DNA of 64,000 bases from Eledone cirrhosa (GCA_964016885.1 OZ024747.1:67766001-67830000), one strand, 5' to 3'. Positions 16,614 through 34,696 are shown, numbered from the stretch's first letter. Numbers and translations: made by a program. Notes: generated by a model from the letters alone, not told the origin.

Positions 16614-17229
16614 GATACACAGTGTTACACTGATTCTGTCTGAGAACAATATTAAGTGTATACGTGTCTTTGTAATTCTCTATCAGTCAGTTACACGTTA
16701 ATTTCAGGAGCAAGCTCCCCAGTCGGATCAAATCAAGCAACTGGAAGATTCATCAACGGAAGCGACGTAGATCCAACAGTTATCATCAGAGAAGACAGCT
16801 TTTTAAAGAAATGTAGGAGCAAGTGAATTGCTGCTGCTGTTTTCTGCACTTAATTTAATCTTGTATCTCTAAAACCCACTGCGCATTACCACTGTTACTT
16901 GAAATTAACATCTGTCAATCTGGTTCCAATGACAAAATAAAATTAAAATTAAAAGACATATTGCAATGAATAAACCAACAGCAGTTACAGTCTGCTGTGA
17001 GGGATAAATTAAATAAGTTATTTCCGTTGGTGGAGGGGTAGATTCTATATTTGGAAAAAATACTTCAGAATGATTTTTTTTTTGTGTGGAAAATTTAGCA
17101 ACGAAACATATTGTAATACTTTATAAAAAAAATTAGTTCCATCTCAACACGTTATGAATTGTTCGTTAAGATTCCCAGTCTTTCTAACATGAAGGGATAT
17201 CTCTCTCTCACTCTCGCTCTCTTTGTGTG

Positions 17230-17343
<114 letters not shown>

Positions 17344-17373
17344 TATATATATATATAGAGAGAGAGATAAACT

Positions 17374-17426
<53 letters not shown>

Positions 17427-17540
17427 ATATACTTGCTTACTACTGTGTAACTAATCCACTACGATGGCGATCAAACGCGACGGAGTTTCATCTGTCTTAA
17501 CTAACGTTAAGACAGATGTTACATAATCGTATTTATTGCA

Positions 17541-17745
17541 CAATACGTATTTTGGTGACATCAATGTACACCATTTATGCAATCATTACAACAGCAACCG
17601 GCACCGGTGGGACATCATCAAACGTTAACATAATTATGTGGCATATCAACTTCTTGGCGTAACTATGTTAATACCTGATGATGTCACACCGGTGCAGGAT
17701 GCACCAGTAATGATTGCACAACGACTGTACACTGAAATACGTATA
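17541..17745. mobile_element. Old diverged fold-back with hammerhead-like cores on both arms
   Basis: tgcaatcattac..gcaccggtgggacatcatca / tgatgatgtcacaccggtgc..gtaatgattgca; CTGATGA at 17675 and GAAATACGTATA at 17734. Confidence 0.5.
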
Positions 17746-18364
17746 CACTTACACACACACACAGACACATATATATAACGGGCTTCCGCAGATTTCACTA
17801 ATTTGACAAGTTATTTTTAGTCAACCCCAAACTATAGTGGAACTGAACCTGAAAATCTGTGGTTGCGAAGCGAACTCCTTAACTATACAGACATACATGC
17901 GCTATAACATTGACAAATGCTTCTTTAGCAAGATTCAATGCTGAATTTAACTACACATCTGGTATAATCTTGGTGTAAATTGGAGAGAGATAGAGAAATA
18001 GACTCTGCCAAGCTGACTTCTATGTATATTATATATGCCACATAGAAAAAGAATTCTTCGGGGTTTCCTGATGTTACTTTTATTCTCACTAATGTTGTTG
18101 AACCTTCTGTCGGTTCCGATGACAAGTGTTCCTGTTACTGAACTCTCCATAGATTCATGTACTACTAACGTAGATTTTGGAGAGGCAAACCTGCCAACCC
18201 CTAAAGACCCAAACGGGGAGTACCATGAAAAAAGAGTGCCCCAAAACGGGGAGAAATGAGGCAAAATTGGGGGATATGTATAATGAAAACTAGGCCTCTC
18301 TCATTCATCCTAAAGTGGGTGAGAGATCTCGCCGTCGGTCGGGGTGAGTTGAGAGGTTTGGGGA

Positions 18365-18530
18365 AGTTCAGTGTGACACAGTAGATAACAAAGCTTGCTT
18401 TTTGAATTGCAGTGTCGACTAAGGCAACGTGAAATAGGGTGTCTTATTCAAAGATATAATACGCCGCTGGTAATCTAACTCACGACCTTACGACTTGAGC
18501 CGAACACCTTCTTCACTAAGCCACGTGCGT
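18365..18530 (-). mobile_element. tRNA-derived CORE-like SINE
   Basis: Reverse-complement similarity to the 14803 copy. Confidence 0.6.
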
Positions 18531-19509
18531 TCACAATCATTGTCAGTAATGCCATCATCAAAATTAATAATCCCCACCCGGCCTATGATATCACCACCAC
18601 TTCCAACATCTTCACGCTTGTCGCTTTTACCAACTCTAACCACCGCCATTAATACGAACACCAATAGTGCCACCACCACTGTGCTCTATTTTCTCTACCA
18701 CGTCTACCGTCACTCCTGCCCCAAATATAATTTGAGGGGGTGGGGCCATATAGATTTTCGGATTGTGTAACCTAAATGCATTTAGTAGTTCTTCATTTAA
18801 AACCTAGACTTTATGGTGATTTGGTAGGGGAAATATATAATAATTTGGTAACCAGGTGCATGGTCACGTGATGTGAAGATGTGGTGTTACTGTATAAACA
18901 CAGACAGATAGATACACATACACATTTTCTCCTACACACACAGACTTGATATTTTTCTATTTTTCACTGCTATATTCCATTTGTTGCTATAAAAACAAGA
19001 GTGTCACGTGAATACGTAAATGACGCCATATTGACATTATTTTCATGTATTTTGGGGAGATCTGTATGTCTGTGCGATGTTTTATCAACGTTCAATGCTG
19101 GCCTCAAAATCTTGCAAAGTGGGCCAAGAGAAAGCAATAATGGTAAGCTACAGCTGTTCCTCAGTTTTGTTTTTTTACTTCCTCCTAATTTATATGATGC
19201 CACTAAAGTACATATACTAACAAATATCAGAAAGAAAACATAGAAAATGTGCTTTTATGGGGTTCCTCATTCAAGAATTACACTCCAACCTCTTGTTCAT
19301 ATAGGCAATCACTTCTCGCTCTGCCTATTCCATCGCTATTACAACGTCCTTTGTGTCGTGTAAACGTTTCTTTCCTTGGCGACCCTTCACTCGAGTTGTA
19401 AAGACAATTCGTACAAATACTGTACAGAAATAGTCTTAAGTAGCTTGGCAGGAATTAAACAGAAAAAAATAAATATTAAATAATTTCATTAAAATCCCCC
19501 CCCCCCCCT

Positions 19510-19680
19510 AATGATTTCTAGTATAGGCACAAGGCCAGTAATTTGGGGGGAGGGGAAAGTCGATTAAATCGACTCCTGTACATTACTGGTACTTTATTTT
19601 ATCGACCCCCGTAAGGATGAAAGGCAAAGTTAAACTCGGCGGGATTTGAACTCAGACCGTAAAGGACCGTAACTCTAACC
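19510..19680 (-). mobile_element. tRNA-SINE (Meta/MESC-like family), 5'-truncated
   Basis: Reverse complement of the 14552 consensus. Confidence 0.8.
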
Positions 19681-19904
19681 CCCCTCCCCAAATAATAAGA
19701 GTTCTTTCAATGCTATGGGTGTAATAGCTTATTTTCACACAATAACTGAAATTGTGGTTCAATATTGTGGTGAAGTCGTAGGAGTGTTGACAAACAGCAT
19801 TTCTTAGCCATTTTAAAACTAGGTCTGAGCATAGCTAATTTCTTCCAGAGAAAGGGAATGAAAGTGATAGAGAGGATGTGAGAAAGATATATACAGAGGA
19901 TGAA

Positions 19905-20058
19905 CCGATCCTAGTACTGGATTGATACTTTTTTATCGACCGGGAAAGGATAACAGGAAAGTTGACCTCGGCGGGATTTGAACTCAGAACGCACACAATT
20001 AGAACGAATACTACAAAGCATTCTATCTGACGTTCACACAACTCTGCCAATTGGCCGC
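19905..20058 (-). mobile_element. tRNA-SINE (Meta/MESC-like family), diverged
   Basis: aaagttgacctcggcgggatttgaactcagaacg. Confidence 0.7.
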
Positions 20059-21624
20059 CTGTTGTACATACCTGAGTTTTCGGACAACCACATCCTTTTA
20101 GAGAATATATTTTATCAGCAGTCCCACACTTACACAAATTTGACGAAAGAAAATTTCTATAAATAGAAAATTTAATTTTAATTATTCTTTTTATTTAATT
20201 TAAGCATTTATTATATAACAAAAGCTGACAGTTTTACGAGCAAGTACCAATTTGTATTCTTTGCCACTTTCCTCCCTCTTTTACATTCCAGTACCTCTCT
20301 TGAGTCTTACAACGATCCCAAGGAGGTGATAACGCTCACTTTGGTAATCAGAGGTTTATAAGGATGTCCCTATCACACCTCATTATTGAGTCTATTTGCA
20401 GCTAGATTACTGAGCCAGTGAAAGTTTTATAGTCGTGTTTGTAATTGTTTACTCTCTCTCTCTCTCTCTCTCTCTCCAGTATGTGTCTCTTTCCCATTTT
20501 CTCTCCCTACATTATCTCTCACTCTTCTTGTTACTCTCTTTCTTTCTCCCCCCTCTCTCTCTCACTATTTCTTTCTTTCATTTTCCCTCGCTATAAATTC
20601 TCTCAGCATTACACTCTCCCCCACTAACGATACACTATCTAAACTGAAAATTCCATAAATGTAATATTATTCTAGATCCAATCTAAACAAGTTTTATCGA
20701 TATAAATATGTTTATAACGCTAGATATATTTTCATATATTGTATATGAACAATTTGGTTATCAGGGCTAATCATGAAAGAGTTTCATGTCTTGTTTAAAC
20801 TTCGTCAGATTTTTCTGCCTATGACTTAACATTAATTTCTCTTTAGCAGAGTAAATACTGGTTCCACGCTACTTCTCGCAAGTCACATGATATACGCAAG
20901 GTCGGTGCTACCATTAAAGGAAACTAGACAAAGCCTAGGGCGCAGACTTCAGAGAAGCGCATTATTGAACCTTAAATAATCACAGATTTATACTTATTTG
21001 TATAATTAAGTTAAATACATGATAATTTCCTGCGACCAAGAAATAAGTCGCTAAATATCTTTGCAGTGAAGCAGCGTTGTGGCAATCCAAAGCGATGACC
21101 TGTAACGTAATTTACCGTGGGTGGATGTGGACTTTGATTTGGAAAATGCAGGCTTACTATAATAATCTTTGTTTGGTTAGAGCAAGAAGTGTCAACAACT
21201 AGGTTTGTCAACTTACTAAAGTGTAAGTTGAAATAATTTTATTTGGGAGAATGGGGCACATAAGTAGGAGACGTGGGCACACGTTGTAGAGCTAGCCAAG
21301 GGAACTAAATAATCAGATGTCGGCTCTGTCTACGCGTAGGCCTGAAATTAGACCAATAAATGAGGAAAGGGCGAAATTATTAACTTGACCATTATAAATA
21401 GGGACATATGAAGGCGGGTAGTTTAGAAGTTAAGGTGTTAAGCTCACGATCGTAAAGTCGTGAATCCGATTCTCGGACTAGGCAGCTCTGTATATTAGCA
21501 ATATACAGCTAATGTTTGGATCATAACGCAACAATGGTAGATATTTTAGGTAACTATGGTAGATATTTAAAAAAAAAAAAAAATTCTAGTACGTTAAAGC
21601 TCTAAAATTCCCTGTACTAAAATA

Positions 21625-21812
21625 ATTGTTTCTACTTTTGGCACAAGGCCAACAGTTACCCAGTGCATGACTGGTACTTTATTGTATCGACCCCGTAAGG
21701 ATGAAAGGCAAAGTTAACCTCAGCGGGATTTGAGCACAGAATGGAAAGGGCCGTAACTCTATGCGTCAAAGCATGGCGTCCGACCCTCTACCGATACTGC
21801 CAATCCACCACC
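21625..21812 (-). mobile_element. tRNA-SINE (Meta/MESC-like family)
   Basis: Reverse complement of the 16348 consensus. Confidence 0.8.
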
Positions 21813-21899
21813 CTGCACTAAAATAATAGAACAGAACAATGCTTTAGGGTCATGTGTTAAACATTAAAGTCTGTGACAAGCTCGGAGAGTCATCAGAAC

Positions 21900-22095
21900 A
21901 TAGCTTATCCCGATTTCCTTGGCAACTGAGAGTAAAATACTCCCCTTCGAGAGAACGCTACTCAATCGCAAAGTATTATTTTTCAGCCGAGTTGGGAGAC
22001 TGGAACAACACGGAACGAACAATTTTGCTCAAGAACACAACGCATCACCCGCTCCAGGAATCAAACCCTCGACATTACGATCGTAAGAACAAAGC
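21900..22095 (-). mobile_element. tRNA-derived CORE-like SINE, diverged
   Basis: ttttgctcaagaacacaacgc..ggaatcaaacc. Confidence 0.55.
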
Positions 22096-22225
22096 CCTAC
22101 TCAACTTTATACGTTTAAAGGGCATTTAAATATGCTCCTTTAATATTATTACAATGTTATACTTACATAAGATGCTTCATGAACACACAAAGCATTTATG
22201 GGAATATATATATACATATGTATAT

Positions 22226-22279
<54 letters not shown>

Positions 22280-22285
<6 letters not shown>

Positions 22286-22481
22286 ACTGCCCCCTCGTTA
22301 TCGAGTATGGCCATTGCCCGATATACCATTATTAATAATTATTAATTAATTCTATCGTGCAATGCCTGTGCGTGAAGATATTTTTTAAAGTGAGGAAAGA
22401 CTGTGCACTGAGCCAATCCCACTCTCTGAGCGACAGTAGCTATAACCCGAAAAGAAGAAAAGATCAACATCATCGGTAACT
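22280..22481 (-). mobile_element. Second family of the RTE-related non-coding repeat, truncated
   Basis: Near identical to 43813-44012; shares blocks with the 9819 family. Confidence 0.7.
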
Positions 22482-22724
22482 ATATCTGTGTATGAGAGTG
22501 TGTCTGTATGAGAGTGTATCTGTATGAAATTGTGTCTGTATTGAAAGTGTGTATGCATGAGAGTATGTCTATACGAGAGTTTGTATATCTGAGATTGCAT
22601 ATGTAAGACATTGTATATGTCTGAGATGATATATGCATGACATTGTGTGTGTATGACATCGTGTATGTACGAGTTGGTGTCTGTGTGAGATAGCATATAT
22701 ACGAGAATGTGTCTGTATGGGATA

Positions 22725-22785
<61 letters not shown>

Positions 22786-23058
22786 ATATATATATGAGTA
22801 TGTGTCTTTATACCTAGTGTGTGTTTCTGCTTCTTTAGTAGTTTACTTATGTAATTTATTCCAAATGTGTTTATACTAGATTAGGGGTTTCTGGCTGAGG
22901 GCTGTTAAGGACATTATACCTAATATATGTTGGTGTTACTGGTAGTGGTCGTGATGATGGGGTGGTAACTTCTATCATAAGCCTGGACAGACATGCCAAC
23001 ATATGCACACATATACACATAGACATATATATATATATATATATACATATCTATGTGT

Positions 23059-23093
<35 letters not shown>

Positions 23094-23129
23094 TAAATAT
23101 GTGCATATATATATATATATATATTTATG

Positions 23130-23170
<41 letters not shown>

Positions 23171-23474
23171 GGTGGGGAGAGAAAGAGGAAACACTAACTC
23201 AGAGAGAAAAGTATGCAAACAAACAGGCACATACACACACACACATATACATACACACACATACATACACACACATATCTGTGTATGTATGTATGTATGT
23301 ACATAAGTGTGTCAGTTGTCTATAGTACTGCATTTCTTAATGTTTATGTATAATGGACAAACTAACAATCTAGTCTTCTTTTTATGGCAAATGGTAAACA
23401 TAACGACTGGGGACTCATTGAAATAAGCTAGGAAAGGACATAGAGTTCTTGATATCGTTTACTTCTGATAGTCT

Positions 23475-25650
23475 TTACCATACCATAAACCGGCCTAATG
23501 AAATCACTACCATCATCACCAACACGATTTCATCACCACCACCACCACCACCATGACACCCCCCAACTACCCCCTCACCACCACCCATCACCACCACCAC
23601 GACCACCACAGTACTATCATCACCACCAGCACCACCACTACCACCACCCACCACCAACCACTACTACCACTACCACCCAACACTACTACCACTACCACCA
23701 ACACTACTACCATCACCACCACCACTAACACTACTACCATCACCACCACACTACTACTACCACCACCACCACCACCACCACCACCACTAACACTACTACC
23801 ATCACCACCACAACACTACTACCATCACCCACCAACACACACCATCACCACCACACACTACCACCACCACCACCCACCCCACCACAACACTACTACCATC
23901 ACCACCAACACTACACCACCACCACCACCACCACCACCACTAACACTACTACCATCACCACCAACACTACTACCATCACCACCAACCTACTACCACCACC
24001 ACCACCACTAACACTACTACCATCACCACCAACACTACTACCACCACCACCACCACTAACACTACTACCCATCACCACCAACACTACTACCACCACCACC
24101 ACCACCAACACTACACCATCACCACCAACACTACTACCACCACCACCACCACTAACACTACTACCATCACCACCAACACTACTACCATCACCACCAACAC
24201 TACTACCACCACCACCACCACTAACACACTACCATCACCACCACACTACTACCATCACCACCAACACTACTACCACCACCACCACCACTAACACTACTAC
24301 CATCACCACCAACACTACTACCACCCACTACCACCACCACCACTAACACTACTATCATCACCACCAACACTACTACCACCACCACCACCACTAACACTAC
24401 TACCATCACCACCAACACTACTACCACCACCACCACCACCACCACTAACACTACTACCATCCACCACCAACACTACTACCACCACCACCACCACCACCAC
24501 CAACACTACTACCATCACCACCAACACTACCACCACCACCACCACCACTAACACTACTACCACCACCACCACCACCAACACTACTACCACCACCACCACC
24601 ACCACTAACACTACACCACCACCACCGACACTAACACTACTACCACCACCACCACCACCACCACTAACACTACTACCATCACCACCAACACTACTACCAC
24701 CCACCACCACCACTAACACTACTACCATCACCACAACACTAATACCACCACTAACCACCACCACCACTAACACTACTACCATCACCACCAACACTACTAC
24801 CACCACCACCACCACTAACACTACTACCATCACCACCAACACTACTACCACCACTACCACCACCACCACTAACACTACTACCATCACCACCAACACTACT
24901 ACCACCACCACCACCACTAACACTACTACCATCACCACCAACACTACTACCACCACCACCACCACCACCACTAACACTACTACCATCACCACCACACTAC
25001 TACACCACCACCACCACCACCACCACCAACACTACTACCATCACCACCAACACTACCACCACCACCACCACCACTAACACTACTACCACCACCACCACCA
25101 CCAACACTACTACCACCACCACCACCACCACCACTAACACTACTACCATCACCACCAACACTAACCACTTACTACCATCACCACCGACACTAACACTACT
25201 ACCACCACCACCACCACCACCACTAACACTACTACCATCACCACCAACACTACTACCATCACCACCAACACTACTACTATCACCAACCGACACTAACACT
25301 ACTACCACCACCACCACCATCACCACCAACACTACTACCATCACCACCAACACTACTACTATCACCACCGGCACCACAACAACAACCATACTAATACTAC
25401 AACCACCACCACAACTACTAACGCCACTACTACAACAGGGTTTAGTATTATAATAGATTCCACTGCAATAATCAGCATTGATGCCATCGATACCACCAGT
25501 GGTATCGATGGCATCAGAATCTCTTCTAATACCATACACAGCATCATCATCATTATCAAGATATATACCTATACCCCACCACCACCACCATCATCACCAT
25601 CACCACCATCACCACCACCACCACCACCACCATCACCATCACCAACACCT
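23475..25650. repeat. Complex (CAC/TAC/CAT) minisatellite
   Basis: Recurrent accaccactaacactactaccatcaccaccaacactact units of variable length with frequent indels. Confidence 0.9.
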
Positions 25651-25901
25651 GTACCACTGCCCCCCCCCCACCTCCCTCCCTCCCTCCCAGGTAAGATATC
25701 TATAAATATAACAGTCCAGGCAGGACAGTTATCAGACATGTGACATGCTGCCTCAGAGATGGCGAACGGGAGGGGGAGGAGGGTAGCAGGAACACGAGTG
25801 GGAGGTGTAAGGAGGTGTGTGGTGGTGGTGGTGGTGGTGGTGGGGGGGGGGTATTGACAGTCATTCTATAAACAGTGGTGATGTCATGTCATTAGAAAAT
25901 A

Positions 25902-26426
25902 ACACCACCACCACCAGCAGCAGCAGTAGCAGCACCATCACCACCAGCAGCACCACCACCACCACCAACAACAACAACAGTAGCAGCACCACCAACAACA
26001 GCAACACCACCAACAACAACACCACCACCACCACCACCAACAACAACATCACCAACAACAACAACACCACCAACAACAACAACAACAACACCACAACAAC
26101 ACCACCACCACCAACAACATCACCAACAACAACAACAACAACACCACCACCACCACTGCCAACAACACACCAACAACAACAACAACGACACCACCAACAA
26201 CACCACCACCACCACCACTAACAACAGCAACACCACCACCAACAACAACAGCAACACCACCACAACAACAACACACCACCACCAACAACATCACCAACAA
26301 CAACAACACCACCACCGCCAACAACACCACCAACAACAACAACACCACCACCAACAACACCACCACCACCACCACTAACAACAGCAACAACACCACCACC
26401 ACCACCTCCACCAACAACACCTCCAC
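25902..26426. repeat. (CAA/CAC/CAG)n low-complexity tract
   Basis: Seen directly. Confidence 0.9.
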
Positions 26427-26626
26427 NNNNNNNNNNNNNNNNNNNNNNNNNNNNNNNNNNNNNNNNNNNNNNNNNNNNNNNNNNNNNNNNNNNNNNNNNN
26501 NNNNNNNNNNNNNNNNNNNNNNNNNNNNNNNNNNNNNNNNNNNNNNNNNNNNNNNNNNNNNNNNNNNNNNNNNNNNNNNNNNNNNNNNNNNNNNNNNNNN
26601 NNNNNNNNNNNNNNNNNNNNNNNNNN
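26427..26626. other. Assembly gap (200 N)
   Basis: Run of N. Confidence 1.
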
Positions 26627-26696
26627 TCCCCCTCCGCCTTTTGGGATTCTTTCTCACGTCGTGTAGACGCGTTCTTGAGACTAGTAAAATGAGGTA

Positions 26697-26784
26697 TCCT
26701 CTTGATAAGTCGGCAGACCTCGCAAGGACTCTATATCTTTGATATATTGTTTTTGTTTATGCCACGAAACTACGTAGTCGAGGA
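26697..26784 (+). ncRNA. Hammerhead motif, U3-A8 variant with extended helix II
   Basis: tcctc-TTGATAA-gt(c)ggca...tgccac-GAAA-CTACGTAG-TC-gagga. Confidence 0.7.
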
Positions 26785-26853
26785 ATTTAGGAGCAGTTTA
26801 GGTATGATACATTTTATTACTAATTATATCTAAATGTTTCTTCTCTCTTCATA

Positions 26854-29783
<2,930 letters not shown>

Positions 29784-29826
29784 TATATGAAATATAAGAA
29801 TCAAAGAACTGTTCAAAACATTATTG

Positions 29827-29873
29827 TGCTTACAGCTGTTTCCTCCAAACCGAGGTTTGGATTCTTCGGAGCA
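29827..29873 (-). ncRNA. Hammerhead motif, U4C variant
   Basis: Mirror of 31096-31142. Confidence 0.7.
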
Positions 29874-31095
29874 ATTTATTAATGCATGGACAGTTATATG
29901 ACCTCCTTTTCAGCCGAGAGACATACCAATACATATTCAAACATTGATACATATTCAAACATTGTGGGTCAACATTCATTACAGAATTTAGAGTGGCAGT
30001 ACACACTTCGAGATTACATTTATATTAATAGGTACAATCAAAAATCAAAGATATAGGTTAAAGTACAACATGAAGATAAGTGGTTATATAGTGCAAATGT
30101 TATATGTGTGGCACGCATGTGCGTCTTGTTTATATAGTGTGGCAGAGAGATATGTGTGGTAGAGGCACTTAGGTAGGTAAATAAGAGTGTTAGGTTGGTA
30201 GATCTGGTGGCAAAGTCTTTATATGATTGATATAGTCTGTGTGTGGAGAAATATTATAAGCATTAAAGATAGTGCAAGCATTAAAAGTGTTATAAGTATT
30301 GGAGATGCACAGCGCAGGGATGTCAAGTAATTCATGTACTTCGGCATTTTCATGGTCAAGGGAGTGTATATTTCGATTATATGCCTTTCACATAATCCAC
30401 GACAATCCAGTTAGAGATCGTAGTCTGGTGTTCTTTAGTTCGATACAGGAGGTTGTTACGTTTCGAGAGACGCCATTGAATACCGGTATTCAATGGCGTC
30501 TCTCGAAACGTAACAACCTCCTGTATCGAACTAAAGAACACCAGACTACGATCTCTAACTGGATTGTCGTGGATTATGTGAAAGGCATATAATCGAAATA
30601 TACACTCCCTTGACCATGAAAATGCCGAAGTACATGAATTACTTGACATCCCTGCGCTGTGCATCTCCAATACTTATAACACTTTTAATGCTTGCACTAT
30701 CTTTAATGCTTATAATATTTCTCCACACACAGACTATATCAATCATATAAAGACTTTGCCACCAGATCTACCAACCTAACACTCTTATTTACCTACCTAA
30801 GTGCCTCTACCACACATATCTCTCTGCCACACTATATAAACAAGACGCACATGCGTGCCACACATATAACATTTGCACTATATAACCACTTATCTTCATG
30901 TTGTACTTTAACCTATATCTTTGATTTTTGATTGTACCTATTAATATAAATGTAATCTCGAAGTGTGTACTGCCACTCTAAATTCTGTAATGAATGTTGA
31001 CCCACAATGTTTGAATATGTATCAATGTTTGAATATGTATTGGTATGTCTCTCGGCTGAAAAGGAGGTCATATAACTGTCCATGCATTAATAAAT

Positions 31096-31142
31096 TGCTC
31101 CGAAGAATCCAAACCTCGGTTTGGAGGAAACAGCTGTAAGCA
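31096..31142 (+). ncRNA. Hammerhead motif, U4C variant
   Basis: tgct-CCGAAGA-a-tccaaacc/ggtttgga-g-GAAA-CAGCTG-TA-agca. Confidence 0.7.
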
Positions 31143-31414
31143 CAATAATGTTTTGAACAGTTCTTTGATTCTTATATTTCATATAACTGCTCTGTAAATC
31201 ATCTGATGTTTTTACATTGAGCTACTTAACTTACTGGTAATAAGGTAGTAATACATTACTGCCTACCACTATTTAGGGTGTGTGTAAAATACTTACAACT
31301 GCTTCAGGTTTTGTGTTTACATAACCATAAATAGTATAACTAATACTATATTTATATATATATACATACATATATATACATGTATATATATATATATACA
31401 TCCATATATATATG

Positions 31415-31465
<51 letters not shown>

Positions 31466-31466
31466 G

Positions 31467-31538
<72 letters not shown>

Positions 31539-31609
31539 CATACATATATATGTATATATATATATATATATATACATGTATATGTATATATATATATATA
31601 TATATACAT

Positions 31610-31647
<38 letters not shown>

Positions 31648-31670
31648 ATATATATATATATATATACATG

Positions 31671-31721
<51 letters not shown>

Positions 31722-31723
31722 GC

Positions 31724-31851
<128 letters not shown>

Positions 31852-31905
31852 ATGTATATATATATATATATATATACATGTATATGCATGTATATGTATA
31901 TATAT

Positions 31906-31994
<89 letters not shown>

Positions 31995-32064
31995 CATGTA
32001 TATATATATATACATATACATGTATATACATGTATATATATATATATATATATACATGTATATG

Positions 32065-32095
<31 letters not shown>

Positions 32096-32112
32096 ATGTA
32101 TATATATACATG

Positions 32113-32211
<99 letters not shown>

Positions 32212-32229
32212 ATGTGTATATATATATAT

Positions 32230-32278
<49 letters not shown>

Positions 32279-32290
32279 TATGTATGTATG

Positions 32291-32329
<39 letters not shown>

Positions 32330-32431
32330 ATGGATGTATATATATATATTATGTATATGTATGTATATATATATATATATACATGTATATGTATGTATGT
32401 ATATATATTTATATATATATACATGTATATG

Positions 32432-32478
<47 letters not shown>

Positions 32479-32485
32479 ATGTATG

Positions 32486-32536
<51 letters not shown>

Positions 32537-32624
32537 ATATATGTATATATATATATACATGTGTATGTATATATATATATATATATATACATACATACAT
32601 ATATATACATGTATATATATTATA

Positions 32625-33215
32625 TGTGGTCACCCCATAGTGTCAAACTAACCACAGAGCTTGAGGCAATCCAGCGAAGCTACACCAAGAGGATTGCCAA
32701 GATGAGGGAGGCAAGCTACTGGGAGAGGCTGAAGGAACTGAACCTCTACTCCTTGGAGCGAAGACGGGAGAGATACGCAGTGATCTACATGTGGAAAATC
32801 CTGGAGGGACTAGCACCAAACTCTGGCATTGGGAGCTGGACCAACCGTCGAACAGGACGTCACTGTGTGGTGCCAAAGGTCCCGTCTTCCACATCTAGAA
32901 TAAGGAGCAGGTATTGCAATAGCCTGGGATTCAAGGGCCCTCAACTCTTCAACAGGCTGCCGAGGCGTCTGCGAGACTTGCATGACGTGGAGGTGGATGT
33001 CTTTAAGAAACATCTCGACACCTTGTTATCCAGGATCCCGGATGAGCCCACAGCAAGACACGAGGGAAACCTAAGGGCAGCAGCAACAAACTCCCTCCTA
33101 CACCAGTGGCCAACCTATACAGGCTGGAGATAAAATGTGTAGCAACAAGGGCGGTGCCCCAGCATGGCCTCAGCCGGATGGCTGAAACAGGTAAAAGAGT
33201 AAAAGAGTAAAAGAG
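32625..33215 (+). mobile_element. CR1-type LINE 3' fragment
   Basis: WSPH..LEAIQRSYTKRI..SYWERLKELNLYSLERRRERY..FKGPQLFNRLP; (GAGTAAAA)n tail. Confidence 0.9.
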
Positions 33216-33233
33216 TATACATACATACACATG

Positions 33234-33264
<31 letters not shown>

Positions 33265-33372
33265 ACATACATATATATACATATATATATATATATATAC
33301 ATACATATATATACATATATATACATACATATATATACATATATATACATTCATATATATACATGTATATAC

Positions 33373-33424
<52 letters not shown>

Positions 33425-33443
33425 GTATATATCTATATATCTA

Positions 33444-33475
<32 letters not shown>

Positions 33476-33491
33476 CATATATATATATATG

Positions 33492-33542
<51 letters not shown>

Positions 33543-33703
33543 ATATGTATGTATATATATATAAATGTATGTATATATATATATATACATGTATATATAT
33601 GTATGTATATATATATATAAATATATATATACATACATGTATATATATGTATGTATGTATATATATATATAAATATATATATATACATATATATACATGT
33701 ATG

Positions 33704-33738
<35 letters not shown>

Positions 33739-33757
33739 ACATATATATACATGTATG

Positions 33758-33790
<33 letters not shown>

Positions 33791-33815
33791 ATATATACAT
33801 ACATATATATACATG

Positions 33816-33849
<34 letters not shown>

Positions 33850-33867
33850 CATACATATATATACATG

Positions 33868-33900
<33 letters not shown>

Positions 33901-33935
33901 ATATACATACATACATATATATACATATATATATA

Positions 33936-34016
33936 CTGAATTGACAGACTTCGCCAGGTGGTGCTATTAAGTTAGACATGGCCTGGGCCAATACTGGCCA
34001 AAACATTTCGAAGTTA
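33936..34016 (+). mobile_element. CR1-type LINE 3' UTR fragment
   Basis: Reverse complement of 35030-35109. Confidence 0.75.
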
Positions 34017-34044
34017 TATATATATATACATACATATATATATG

Positions 34045-34107
<63 letters not shown>

Positions 34108-34196
34108 GTATATATATATATATATGTATATATATATACATATATATATTTGTATATATATATATATATATATATGTATATGTATATACATACATA

Positions 34197-34244
<48 letters not shown>

Positions 34245-34247
34245 CAC

Positions 34248-34282
<35 letters not shown>

Positions 34283-34296
34283 CACATACACATATA

Positions 34297-34364
<68 letters not shown>

Positions 34365-34368
34365 TGTA

Positions 34369-34416
<48 letters not shown>

Positions 34417-34420
34417 CATG

Positions 34421-34454
<34 letters not shown>

Positions 34455-34455
34455 C

Positions 34456-34488
<33 letters not shown>

Positions 34489-34492
34489 TGTA

Positions 34493-34538
<46 letters not shown>

Positions 34539-34542
34539 CATG

Positions 34543-34615
<73 letters not shown>

Positions 34616-34624
34616 GTATATATG

Positions 34625-34656
<32 letters not shown>

Positions 34657-34660
34657 CATG

Positions 34661-34696
<36 letters not shown>

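Larger units (their letters stand above)
29784..31350. mobile_element. Spacer-less 1402-bp palindrome (29784-31185, centre 30484/30485) plus 3' tail; PLE-type
   Basis: Mirror 97-aa ORFs; centre gaataccggtattc; hammerhead near each outer end; tail hairpin at 31189-31222. Confidence 0.8.

Noticed and set aside
20829-20930. Possible small host exon after a pyrimidine tract and AG
   Set aside because: Weak donor, short peptide with no recognisable similarity.
25686-25810. CAGGTAAG donor and TATA-like box in a unique island
   Set aside because: Upstream is low-complexity repeat; such motifs are expected by chance.
23498-26426. Mucin-like Thr/Pro/His-rich exons
   Set aside because: Frequent frame-breaking indels and stops; no unique domain or splice context.
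30299-30670. Mirror 97-aa ORFs
   Set aside because: A consequence of the palindrome; no recognisable protein.
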